IMG/VR virus record: IMGVR_UViG_3300028591_000171
Span: 14,634-78,633 of that record
DNA length: 64,000 nucleotides
Source: a virus
Taxonomy: Duplodnaviria; Caudoviricetes
Direction: 5' to 3' (one strand)
Positions 1 through 8,718 of this stretch are shown in pieces. The notes beneath the pieces are model-generated. The model was not told the DNA's origin, did not search any database, and saw only the letters and a list, made by a program, of their open reading frames with translations. Position 1 is the first letter of the stretch. Each line of letters opens with the position of its first letter. Position numbers and translations under genes: made by a program.

Positions 1-1173
1 GTCACTTCGATCAATACCACGGTGTTTTTATCCCCGATTGGCAATGATAGCGCAAAAGGCGAGGAGACGTCAGCATTGAAAACTTCGTTCGCCGCTAAAT
101 CCCATGCCGCGAAAGAGATCATTTTTCTGCCAGGCGATTATGATAACTTTGTCCTTGATTTCTCCGACTTTGAGAGATATGTTTTCAGAAACGGAGCAAG
201 GCTTATTTGCGGGATAAAGTTCGCAGAAGCCGAACTTGCGTCCGGGTATAGCCGAGTGTATCAGGTGACTTGTGATTCAGAGCCTACGGCAAAATTCTTA
301 TGGCAGCATGATGTAGCGGATGCCGACACCTTGATACCATCCTCCGAGTACCTCCCAATGTATCATTCTGGCAGAACCCACAGACTTTCGTCAACAAGAC
401 TATATAAGGCATCAAGTGTCGCGGATATTGAGTCGGAAACATCAAAATATACTTGGTTCTGGGATAATGGAGTCCTTTACTTTTCATGCCCGTCCACAAA
501 CTTTGCAACAAATCCCATTGTTATTCCAGATGTTTTAGGCAACCAATATGTTGCGACAAAGAAGAAAAACATTTCGGTAACAGGGATGCGATTGTACTAT
601 CGCAGGTTTAATAGCCGTCGGATCTCTGGCCACTTTGATGGCGGTTTTGTGGGGTTTGTTGATGGGACTTGCTTTGGCTTCGACTCAAACGAGTACCTTG
701 AGATTAACAATTTCGAGGCCGCAGGAGGTTCTACTGATGGATTCGGCGGCGGCTTTGATGAAAACGTAAGTTATCAGATTATTATGAAGAATTGCTATGG
801 CCATGATAATGCTGACGACGGAGAATCCGGGCATGTGAAAACAAACATGACACAGTACGGCGGCCTATATGAGTATAACGGAAGTGGTGTCACTCCGGCT
901 GTCGGAGCTAATGGTTCATATTATAACACGATTTGTCGAAACAATGGAGTGTATGACTGGACGGTTGGATATCAAGATGGGAAGGGATTTTCCGCCGCTG
1001 CCGGGTCAGATCCAAACACCAACCTCCTTTGTGTGGGTTGTCTCTCGATAGGAAATAAGATAGGCTATGAGGCGAGCGCTGGATCAATTTTCTTGAACTG
1101 TGTGTCAAAGGATGACGATGTGGATTTTCGTGGCACGGCTCAACAACTTAACTGTGTCACATTATCAACATAA
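1..1173 (+). CDS. 5'-truncated tail spike / receptor-binding protein, probable right-handed beta-helix C-terminus
   Basis: Frame is open from base 1. C-terminal Gly/Asn/Asp-rich short repeats (GHDNADDGESGH, GLYEYNGSGV, NTICRNNG, GNKIGY) are typical of parallel beta-helix proteins. Lies upstream of the capsid module, where crAss-like tail-fibre genes sit. Confidence 0.55.
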   Translation, partial: VTSINTTVFLSPIGNDSAKGEETSALKTSFAAKSHAAKEIIFLPGDYDNFVLDFSDFERYVFRNGARLICGIKFAEAELASGYSRVYQVTCDSEPTAKFLWQHDVADADTLIPSSEYLPMYHSGRTHRLSSTRLYKASSVADIESETSKYTWFWDNGVLYFSCPSTNFATNPIVIPDVLGNQYVATKKKNISVTGMRLYYRRFNSRRISGHFDGGFVGFVDGTCFGFDSNEYLEINNFEAAGGSTDGFGGGFDENVSYQIIMKNCYGHDNADDGESGHVKTNMTQYGGLYEYNGSGVTPAVGANGSYYNTICRNNGVYDWTVGYQDGKGFSAAAGSDPNTNLLCVGCLSIGNKIGYEASAGSIFLNCVSKDDDVDFRGTAQQLNCVTLST

Positions 1174-1178
1174 TCACA

Positions 1179-1210
1179 TAGCCCCCTAATCGACTGAGTT
1201 AATTTAAATA
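1179..1210 (+). repeat. Copy 1 of a motif following receptor-binding genes (tagccccctaatcgactgagttaatttaaata)
   Basis: Near-identical to 47927-47956; begins 5 nt after the stop codon of the spike-like gene. Confidence 0.85.
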
Positions 1211-1220
1211 CGTTACTAAT

Positions 1221-1256
1221 AAAAACCCCTGTCAGATAAGTTCTGGCGGGGGTTTT
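1221..1256 (+). terminator. Intrinsic terminator, likely bidirectional
   Basis: aaaacccc-tgtcaga-taagt-tctggcg-ggggtttt hairpin with A and T tracts on either side. Confidence 0.75.
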
Positions 1257-1341
1257 AGCATTGTTGTCTTTCATCAGTCTGCCATGATAATTTCGTGTCA
1301 GAGTCGCGCGGCTCATGATGTGAAATTTAAAACTAAAAATT

Positions 1342-2250
1342 ATGGCAGATGTAACTTACATTCCTGATCAGAATCAGGCAAACAACATCCTACCTTGGAT
1401 GCTCGCCGGCAACAACGGGTTCGGCGGAATTGGAGGTAACGGTCTCGGCGGCGGAATCCTCGGATTCCTTCTCGGTCTTTTCTTCGGGAACGGTTGGGGA
1501 GGATTTGGTGGATTCGGCGGTTTCGGCGGAGGTAACGGAGCCGGGTTTATCTCTAACCAGATAGACAACAACGCCGGAAGAGAGCTTCTTATGAACGCCA
1601 TCAACTCCAACGGTGAGGCTTCCAGAGCCGCTATCCAGAATCTCGCGACAATGCTCGGGCAGGATTACAGCCAGGTCAGCTCGGCTGTCTCCGCTATCCA
1701 GAGCGGGTTGTCGTCGCTCGCTCTCCAGCAGGCGGTGTCTGTTCCCCAGCTGATCAACTCTATCCAGTCCGGTAACTCGACTCTCATGTCCAAGCTTTGT
1801 GACTGCTGCTGCGAGAACAGGCTTCTCACCACGCAGCAGGGTTACGAGTCACGGATAGCGACCATCGAGCAGACCAACCAGCTCGGATCCCAAGCTGACC
1901 GCAACACACGCTCAATCACTGACGCGATCAACGCCCAGACAGTCGCGATGAACGACCAGTTCTGCGCCGCGAAGGAGCGTGACCTCCAGCTGAAGATTGA
2001 CACGCAGTCTGACATCATCACCCAACTTCGTAACCAGATAAGCAACGATAAGCAGACTGAGGCTTTCACAGCCGCTTTTAACACCCTCAACCAGAAGATA
2101 ACCGAGTTGTCTGCGCGCCAGCCCAACACTGTCCCAGTCGTGTGGCCCAATCTCGCGGCTGTTAACACCACTCCTTATGTGAGCGGCGGTTATTACCAGG
2201 GTGGATTCAACGGCTACTATGGTGGCGGTGTTCCCGGTTTCTCATTCTAA
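1342..2250 (+). CDS. Gly-rich hydrophobic N-terminus + coiled-coil protein with CDCCC motif (unknown function)
   Basis: 302-aa ORF with phage-like codon usage: GG-rich hydrophobic segment (GGGILGFLLGLFFGNGWGG), long heptad-like helices, LCDCCCENRL, aromatic/Gly tail. Confidence 0.85.
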   Translation: MADVTYIPDQNQANNILPWMLAGNNGFGGIGGNGLGGGILGFLLGLFFGNGWGGFGGFGGFGGGNGAGFISNQIDNNAGRELLMNAINSNGEASRAAIQNLATMLGQDYSQVSSAVSAIQSGLSSLALQQAVSVPQLINSIQSGNSTLMSKLCDCCCENRLLTTQQGYESRIATIEQTNQLGSQADRNTRSITDAINAQTVAMNDQFCAAKERDLQLKIDTQSDIITQLRNQISNDKQTEAFTAAFNTLNQKITELSARQPNTVPVVWPNLAAVNTTPYVSGGYYQGGFNGYYGGGVPGFSF

Positions 2251-2261
2251 TACTCTGAGCC

Positions 2262-2606
2262 ATGTTCGGATTCAATGTAAATGTTACGACGAATGTCAAC
2301 GGCATACCGTTCATCACCACTAACGGTGTCACCGTGACGGCTGATTCCGTTGACTTCGCCTTGGGCTTCAGGAGGATTCCGAAGATCGGGAAGATAATCC
2401 TTAACGTCAATGACGCCATCCCTGACGGGACTACCGGCACTCTGCCTGTGAGGTTCACGCTAAATGGAAACACAAGGAACCTGACGTACTTCGGCGGGAC
2501 GAATGTGACCGCTGCTGACATAACCGGCACCGGCGTCATCGAGGCTTTGTTCAATTGGTTTGACGGGACGTTCCAGATCACGTCTGTTCTCGCTCCCGCG
2601 GCCTGA
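2262..2606 (+). CDS. Small beta-rich hypothetical protein
   Basis: 114-aa ORF rich in Thr/Val/Gly with alternating beta-strand patterns; starts 11 nt after the previous gene. Confidence 0.8.
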   Translation: MFGFNVNVTTNVNGIPFITTNGVTVTADSVDFALGFRRIPKIGKIILNVNDAIPDGTTGTLPVRFTLNGNTRNLTYFGGTNVTAADITGTGVIEALFNWFDGTFQITSVLAPAA

Positions 2607-2634
2607 TATGTTTGATTTAAAATAATTACAAGCG

Positions 2635-3153
2635 ATGTTTCAGGGATATAACCAGAGCCTGACACCTATAACACAAGGCTCAACCATGTACATATATGAC
2701 AGGAAGGCTTTCGGAGTCAAGACAGCCATGGTAAACTCCGTGTCACAACCCCACATCTCAAAGGCGGCGCAGGGCAATCCGGCGCTGGCGTTCCAGGGAT
2801 TCGTAGTTGACGTGTCACTCTCGGTTGACGGTGACACGAAGACTGTGGAGTTCCCGGTGAACAGCGTGTCCGCATCTTACGCCGAGCAGGGTTGGTTCAT
2901 GAGCTACGACAGCTCCGTGGTGACGCGCGAGATAGAATCGTCGATATCGGCGGCTAAACAGTTTCTCTCACAGGTTCCGCTCAACGAGCGTATCGTCAAG
3001 GATGGACCTGAGCTGATATCGCAGCTTAACCCGTCCAAAAGGATTGAGGAACAGAGCATGAGGGAAATAGCCGGTATACGTGAGGAGCTCGCCGAGTTCA
3101 AGAGGCTGCTCATGGGAATGTCGTCTGGCATCGCCAAAAAAGAGGAACAATAA
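2635..3153 (+). CDS. Hypothetical protein with C-terminal coiled coil
   Basis: 172-aa ORF in operon context. Confidence 0.8.
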   Translation: MFQGYNQSLTPITQGSTMYIYDRKAFGVKTAMVNSVSQPHISKAAQGNPALAFQGFVVDVSLSVDGDTKTVEFPVNSVSASYAEQGWFMSYDSSVVTREIESSISAAKQFLSQVPLNERIVKDGPELISQLNPSKRIEEQSMREIAGIREELAEFKRLLMGMSSGIAKKEEQ

Positions 3154-3154
3154 T

Positions 3155-3376
3155 ATGGCAGGATTAATCAGGATAATGGAGCGCGGTGGCGATGACTACC
3201 GCGATTACAAGTGGCACCTCAAGAACGCCAAGAAATCCATCGATGCTCTGTGCGAGCTCACAAAGGAGATGGAGGACGAGTACGGATACGGTGAGCGCGG
3301 CTATTCCGAGAGGGATTATGACCGTGACGAGATGTACGAGAGAGGCGGAAGACCCATGAGGAGACGCTCTATGTGA
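3155..3376 (+). CDS. Small charged protein with Arg/Gly/Tyr-rich tail
   Basis: ATG at 3155 lies 1 nt after the previous stop; MAGLIRIMERGG...GERGYSERDYDRDEMYERGGRPMRRRSM. Confidence 0.75.
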   Translation: MAGLIRIMERGGDDYRDYKWHLKNAKKSIDALCELTKEMEDEYGYGERGYSERDYDRDEMYERGGRPMRRRSM

Positions 3377-3381
3377 TGACA

Positions 3382-3402
3382 GGGGAGGGGCTTTCCCTCC
3401 CC
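3382..3402 (+). terminator. GC-rich hairpin, possible weak terminator or processing site inside the six-gene cluster
   Basis: ggggaggg-gcttt-ccctcccc followed by attattcgttttt (imperfect U tract). Confidence 0.45.
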
Positions 3403-3418
3403 ATTATTCGTTTTTGTT

Positions 3419-3823
3419 ATGGAAAGGATGGATTACTATGATATTTTACCGGCTGGCATGGAGGCTTATCTCGCCAGTCACGGGAGACATTTCTCCAAGC
3501 CGATGCTCGAGTGGGCTGTGTCCATGATGCGTGACAGGAGGGGTAACAAGGGAGTGGCCCTTGATCGGAAAAAATTTGACGAGCTCATGAAGGCGTATAA
3601 CATGACACTCGAGAGGAACGAGGGCTACTATGACGGACCTTATGTCTGGGCGATGGCCAAGAGTGATTATCTCGGGACTTCGATTGTTGACGAACAGAGG
3701 CTAGCGATGTTCGTGAAAGATTACATCGACGATGTTGACGGCAATCCCACGAGGGCTTTTGACGAGTTCTACATCAACTGTGTGGCTAAAGGTATTGACA
3801 TCCCCTGGCAGGATCTGATATGA
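3419..3823 (+). CDS. Conserved-looking hypothetical protein
   Basis: 134-aa ORF (YLASHGRHFSKPMLEWAVSMM...FDEFYINCVAKGIDIPWQDLI); overlaps the next gene by ATGA. Confidence 0.8.
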   Translation: MERMDYYDILPAGMEAYLASHGRHFSKPMLEWAVSMMRDRRGNKGVALDRKKFDELMKAYNMTLERNEGYYDGPYVWAMAKSDYLGTSIVDEQRLAMFVKDYIDDVDGNPTRAFDEFYINCVAKGIDIPWQDLI

Positions 3824-4221
3824 TACACAAGAAACTGAAGGTTGGCCACTGGGAGGTTGACTTCCTTTTCGCCGGCGAGAGGTATGACACCGATGAGGGG
3901 TTGGATTACCTCTATTACGCTGATGCCCCTGATTACGTCCTGCGTAAAGCGTATCATGTTATGGAGGATAACAAAACCGATACAGGGTTTGCCTACAGCA
4001 ACCCTGATTCCCGTATGGCTGTTGTTGTCGTCGGTCCGACATCATCAGGCGGAGAGTTCGTCAACACGCTTACACACGAGATCTATCATGTGGCTGTGGC
4101 CATAGCGGAAAGTATTGGTGTTGAGCTTGATAGCGAGACCCCGGCGTATATCAGCGGCGACACGTTGAAGTCTTTGTTCAGCGTCATCTGCGAGCTGGGT
4201 TGCCGCGAGTGTAATAAATAA
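3820..4221 (+). CDS. Hypothetical protein with HExxH (zinc metalloprotease-like) motif
   Basis: 133-aa ORF containing VNTLTHEIYHVA and a Cys-rich end (CELGCREC). Confidence 0.65.
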   Translation: MIHKKLKVGHWEVDFLFAGERYDTDEGLDYLYYADAPDYVLRKAYHVMEDNKTDTGFAYSNPDSRMAVVVVGPTSSGGEFVNTLTHEIYHVAVAIAESIGVELDSETPAYISGDTLKSLFSVICELGCRECNK

Positions 4222-4250
4222 GCGAACGGGTTACGATAACTAACTTTCTT

Positions 4251-4310
4251 AATTACCACCAAGCGAAACAGTTATGGTGGTAATTCGTCATGCCCTGACT
4301 TTTATTTTTG
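4251..4310 (+). promoter_or_regulatory. Perfect 10-bp inverted repeat followed by a Bacteroidota -7 promoter element upstream of the capsid operon
   Basis: aattaccacc (4251-4260) / ggtggtaatt (4276-4285) with a 15-nt spacer; TATTTTTG at 4303-4310, 21 nt before the ATG at 4332. Confidence 0.6.
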
Positions 4311-4331
4311 CCACGACAAAACAGGAGAAAA

Positions 4332-5456
4332 ATGGAAGATTTCACATTTGACATTAACAGCGGGTTATTGTCACCTGAGGAGGCTGAGAAGCTCTTCAGC
4401 GAGGTCCCCGAGGAGGAGGCTGACGGACAGCCCGAGGAAAAGATTACTGATAACCAAGCCGAGGAGCCTGAGGTTCCGGAGGAAGTAGGCGATGGGAATA
4501 ATGACGAGATTGAGGATGATGCCGCCAAGCCTGCGGGCGACGGTGCTTCTCCAGCCAGTTTTTATTCTTCCATAGCCGAAGCTTTGAAGGATGACGGCAT
4601 CTTCCCTGATTTCAACGATGACGAGATCAAGGCGGTGAAGACCCCCGAGGACTTCGCCGAGCTCTTTGAGAAGGCTGTGTCGGCAAGGTTTGACGAGAGG
4701 CAGAAACGGATTGACTCCGCGCTCGGAAACGGCGCTGATCCCGACAAGGTCAAGATGTTTGAGCAGACTATCGAGTACCTGTCATCCATCACTGACGAGG
4801 CTTTGAAAGCCGAGACTGACGAGGGAGAGGCGCTCAGGAAGCAGCTCATCTTCAACGACCTCCTCAACAAGGGTTACTCCGAGGAGAGGATAAAGAGGGA
4901 GATGGAGAAATCTTTCAAGTCAGGAAGTGATATTGATGACGCCAAGGACGCGCTGGCTGAGCTGAACAAGTTCTACAAGGGAGGATATGACAACCTTGTG
5001 AACGAGTCCAAGTCGAAGGCTGAGAACGCCAGGAAAGCGCGTGAGAGGGATGCCGCCGAGTTCAAGAAGATGATTCTTGACAACGATATCCAGCTCGGCG
5101 AGACGAAGCTTGACAAGCGCACGAGGCAGAGGATATTCGACGCCGTCTCCAAGCCTGTCTACAAGGACCCTGACACCGGTCAGCTTCTGACGCAGGTCCA
5201 GAAGTACCAGAAGGAGAACCCTCTCGAGTTCCTTAAGCAGCTTGGCATGTGGTACGTGCTGACTGACGGCGGAAAGAGTGTTGACGGGCTTGTGAAGAGC
5301 CAGGTCAGGACCGAGAGGAACAAGGGCATAAGGGAGCTTGAGAGGAAGATCAACTCCTCCGCCCTCGGCTCAGACGGCTCTCTCAGGTACATGTCGGGAA
5401 CCAATGTCGACAACGACTCGCTTCTCTCAGATGGCTGGCAGGTTGATCTCGGTTGA
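4332..5456 (+). CDS. Putative capsid scaffolding protein
   Basis: Very acidic N-terminus, helical body, directly upstream of the major capsid gene. Start moved to ATG 4332. Confidence 0.65.
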   Translation: MEDFTFDINSGLLSPEEAEKLFSEVPEEEADGQPEEKITDNQAEEPEVPEEVGDGNNDEIEDDAAKPAGDGASPASFYSSIAEALKDDGIFPDFNDDEIKAVKTPEDFAELFEKAVSARFDERQKRIDSALGNGADPDKVKMFEQTIEYLSSITDEALKAETDEGEALRKQLIFNDLLNKGYSEERIKREMEKSFKSGSDIDDAKDALAELNKFYKGGYDNLVNESKSKAENARKARERDAAEFKKMILDNDIQLGETKLDKRTRQRIFDAVSKPVYKDPDTGQLLTQVQKYQKENPLEFLKQLGMWYVLTDGGKSVDGLVKSQVRTERNKGIRELERKINSSALGSDGSLRYMSGTNVDNDSLLSDGWQVDLG

Positions 5457-5510
5457 CATACATGAATTTTGTTCCAACAAAACACTTTGTTTAACTAAAA
5501 AATTACAATT

Positions 5511-7043
5511 ATGCCAGGACGTTTAGTCAATTCACAGATGACTGGTGTCACCGCGTGGAGAGGAACTGTCACAAAGGACAACCACCTTTACAGCATGTTC
5601 CGCACTAACCCGCAGATGGCCAGTGATGTCATGACTGTCCTCATGAGCAGCATGCGTCTCCCCACCCTCGACAGCTACCTCTCCAAGGAGGTTCCCGTTC
5701 GCGAGTATGAGGACGACAGCGAGCTATTCTGGGACATCGTTACCTCCTCCAGGAGGAATATCCCCCTCGTAGAGGCGCGCCGTTGCGACGGCACCCCCAT
5801 CGAGGCCGCTAACGAGGACAATGTCGGTGTCGGTTTCGAGCCGTTCTACCTTGTCTTCCCCACTGATTGGTTCGCTCTCGGAGAGGTCCTCTGGGGCAAC
5901 ATGAACGAGGCCTATCCTGTTATCGTCAAGGAGGCTGGTCATGCCGAGGGAACCAACACCGTTTATCTTGTAGAGCCTTTCGGCGCGCATCTCGCCAACG
6001 GTATCCCCGCCGAGCGCCTTCTCCCCGGTGAGAAGTTCTCTTGGGGTTACGCTCCTATCGAGGACAACTTCTCCCGCAAGGTCGGTGACGTGCGTTTCAG
6101 CACTCCCGTCTCAATGCGCCAGGATTGGCAGAGGGTTCGTCTCCAGCACAAGATCGGTGGTCGCGAGCTTGGCAAGCGCCTCGCCTGTCATATCCCCGTC
6201 TCAAAGGAGGTCAACGGCAAGATGGTCCACACGACTGTCGACCGCTGGATCTACAACGTGACATGGAAGATCGAGGAGACATGGGCCGATTATAAGAACA
6301 ACGCCCTTGACCGTGGTGTCAGCACCCGTTTCGAGAACGGCGAGTATTCCAACTTCGGTCTCTCCGGTCTCGCCAACCGCCAGGGCTCCGGTTTCCGCCA
6401 GCAGATGGAGTCCGGTAACCAGATGTACTACACCAAGTTCACCATGGGTCTTGTCGAGGACGCCCTCTACGGGATCAGCGCAGGCAAGGTCGATTACGGT
6501 CAGCGCAAGTTCGTCATGAGGACTGGTGAGCGCGGAGCCATCCTGTTCAGCAGGGAGGCCAAGAAGGAGATGAGCGGATGGATTCCCATCTATAGCGTCA
6601 ACTCCCCGTCCTACATCACAAAGGGACCCGAGACCAACTTCACCAACGGCAACGCCGCCACCATCGCCGACCTTCAGGTCACCAAGTGGCTGGGAGCCAA
6701 CGGTCTCGAGCTCACCATCATGATCGATCCTTCCAAGGATGATATCCAGACCAACAAGGTCATGCACCCTCTGGGCGGAACCGCCGAGTCCTACAGGTTC
6801 GACATCTTCTATGCCGCCAACGAGGAGCAGCCCAATGTCCAGAAGTGTGTCGTCAAGGGTCAGCCCGAGCTTCGCGGCTACCAGTGGGGACCTTTCAGCA
6901 ACCCGTTCACCGGGGAGTTCAACAACAGCTCCGCCTCCTTCGACGAGGATGCCGCCGTCGTCCACTACAAGGCGACTCTCGGTCTGGTGATCTACGATCC
7001 TACCCGCTGTATCTCCCTTATCCCGGCGATCCTCCAGGCGTAG
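5511..7043 (+). CDS. Major capsid protein, crAss-like
   Basis: 510 aa with strongly biased codon usage. Segments (GEKFSWGYAPIEDNFSRKVG, RQGSGFRQQ, MRTGERG, NKVMHPLGGTAESYRFDI) resemble crAss-like capsid proteins as recalled; follows a scaffold. Confidence 0.88.
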   Translation: MPGRLVNSQMTGVTAWRGTVTKDNHLYSMFRTNPQMASDVMTVLMSSMRLPTLDSYLSKEVPVREYEDDSELFWDIVTSSRRNIPLVEARRCDGTPIEAANEDNVGVGFEPFYLVFPTDWFALGEVLWGNMNEAYPVIVKEAGHAEGTNTVYLVEPFGAHLANGIPAERLLPGEKFSWGYAPIEDNFSRKVGDVRFSTPVSMRQDWQRVRLQHKIGGRELGKRLACHIPVSKEVNGKMVHTTVDRWIYNVTWKIEETWADYKNNALDRGVSTRFENGEYSNFGLSGLANRQGSGFRQQMESGNQMYYTKFTMGLVEDALYGISAGKVDYGQRKFVMRTGERGAILFSREAKKEMSGWIPIYSVNSPSYITKGPETNFTNGNAATIADLQVTKWLGANGLELTIMIDPSKDDIQTNKVMHPLGGTAESYRFDIFYAANEEQPNVQKCVVKGQPELRGYQWGPFSNPFTGEFNNSSASFDEDAAVVHYKATLGLVIYDPTRCISLIPAILQA

Positions 7044-7079
7044 GTTAATATAGGCTAAATAATAAAGGAGAAGATAATT

Positions 7080-7994
7080 ATGGAAGCGCAAACCGTTAAG
7101 ACAAAGAAGAAAGAGGCTGAAGTGGCTGATGTCAGGGTAAATCCCCTTCGCAATGAGAAGGTGTATGTGAGGTTCGTCCCGAAGAACAACGGGCTGAGCA
7201 ACGATCATGTCGCGTCAGGCGGCAAGGTCGACGGCGCCACGACAACGTTGTGCGTGCCTATACTCAGGTCGACAGGCAACTACAAGAATATCCTCACCAA
7301 TGATGAGAAGGATTATCTTGAGGAGGTTCTCGGGATGGATTTCAACGCCTTGTCTGTATACAAGAAGGAGGACAACTACTGGGACAACTACCGCGTCACA
7401 ATCAACACCAAGGAGGGGCTGACACTCGATCTCTCTAATCCGGAGGATTATATCAGGTACAAGGTTCTCGTGGCCAACAGCGACATCGTCGCCCCGTCGG
7501 TTCAGGAGAGGCTTGACAGGCCAAAGGCCACATACCAGTTCGAGATAGTCCGCAAGGAGGACGAGACAAGGGTTGAGAACGCCAGGATGGACGCCACGAT
7601 GCAGAGCTACAAGGAGTTCGGCAAGATAGACAGCGACCTGGACACCATGCGTGTGCTTGTCGAGATTCTTGACGCGAGGCCTTACTCGCCTAACGAGAAG
7701 GCTGATTTCCTCCGCTCGCGCATCAACGTGCTCATCCAGTCCGACGCGAAGAAGTTCCTGTCAGCCATAACAGACCCTCTTCTTCATACCAAGGTCATTA
7801 TCAGGAGGGCTGTCGAGCTCGGTGTCATCACCAAGAGGGGTGATTACTATTACACCAAGGACAACTCGCCGCTGTGCGAGTCAGGTGAGGACCCGACATT
7901 GTCGATAGCCGCCAAGTACCTCAACATCCCGTCCCATCAGGATCTCAAGTTCATCCTTGAGAGCGAGGTCGGCAAAAACAAGGGCAAGAAATGA
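7080..7994 (+). CDS. Conserved crAss-like protein following the major capsid gene
   Basis: 304-aa ORF (LRNEKVYVRFVPK, YIRYKVLVANSDIVAPS) in the syntenic slot after the capsid gene. Confidence 0.7.
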   Translation: MEAQTVKTKKKEAEVADVRVNPLRNEKVYVRFVPKNNGLSNDHVASGGKVDGATTTLCVPILRSTGNYKNILTNDEKDYLEEVLGMDFNALSVYKKEDNYWDNYRVTINTKEGLTLDLSNPEDYIRYKVLVANSDIVAPSVQERLDRPKATYQFEIVRKEDETRVENARMDATMQSYKEFGKIDSDLDTMRVLVEILDARPYSPNEKADFLRSRINVLIQSDAKKFLSAITDPLLHTKVIIRRAVELGVITKRGDYYYTKDNSPLCESGEDPTLSIAAKYLNIPSHQDLKFILESEVGKNKGKK

Positions 7995-8689
7995 AAACGT
8001 GTGACGAGTGGTCGAGAGAGTTCGACATCCTTTACAGCAACATAACCAGCAACCAGGCCCCAGGCTTGACTGAGTACGAGAAGAGCAAGTTCCTCACCCG
8101 CGCCCAGGAGGCTGTCGTCGTGATGCTGTACAACGGCACTCTCAGGAACTCCTTCGAGGAGACCGAGGAGGTCACTGTCTATCTCGATCCGCTTGTCGCC
8201 CAGAAGACATGCCCTGTCGCAACCGGTCTGACGCTGCCGAAGGTGTCAAGCTCGTCAAAGGTCTACAAGCTTCCCGATGACCTGTTCTTCAGGACGCTGG
8301 AGATCTGCAAGCTCAACGACCCGGAATGCGGTCTTGTGGACGCGATAGTCGTTCCTGTCACGCAGGATGAGTACTGGAGGACGAGCAGGAACCCTTTCAA
8401 GGGCGCGAACAGGCGTCGCGTGTTGAGGTTGTCTTACGGTGAGTCGAAGGAGCAGGCTGGTGTCTATTCCGACACCGGCTACTCCGAGCTCATCAGCGAG
8501 ATACCTGTCGCAAGTTACACTGTCCGTTACATAAAGAGGCCTGACCCGATAATCCTCGAGGATCTGTCGGCTGACGGGTTCTCCATCAACGGGAAGACAG
8601 CCGCGATGACCTGCAAGCTCCACGAGGGGTTGCACCAGATGATACTGACCGAGGCGGTAAAAGCCGCCAAGACGGTTTGGGCGTCTTAG
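7991..8689 (+). CDS. Tail ring protein (putative)
   Basis: 232 aa; EWSREFDILYSNITSNQAPGL and YIKRPDPIILEDL; size and position fit crAss-like ring proteins. Confidence 0.6.
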   Translation: MKTCDEWSREFDILYSNITSNQAPGLTEYEKSKFLTRAQEAVVVMLYNGTLRNSFEETEEVTVYLDPLVAQKTCPVATGLTLPKVSSSSKVYKLPDDLFFRTLEICKLNDPECGLVDAIVVPVTQDEYWRTSRNPFKGANRRRVLRLSYGESKEQAGVYSDTGYSELISEIPVASYTVRYIKRPDPIILEDLSADGFSINGKTAAMTCKLHEGLHQMILTEAVKAAKTVWAS

Positions 8690-8718
8690 TTACCGAAACA
8701 ATCAAAAACATTTAGTAT

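Noticed and set aside
6201-7208. 335-aa antisense ORF over the capsid gene, and similar shadow ORFs such as 9235..9762, 12200..12934 and 17385..18146
   Set aside because: Explained by sense-strand codon bias: rare TTA/CTA/TCA codons leave the antisense frame open. No start context or recognisable motifs.
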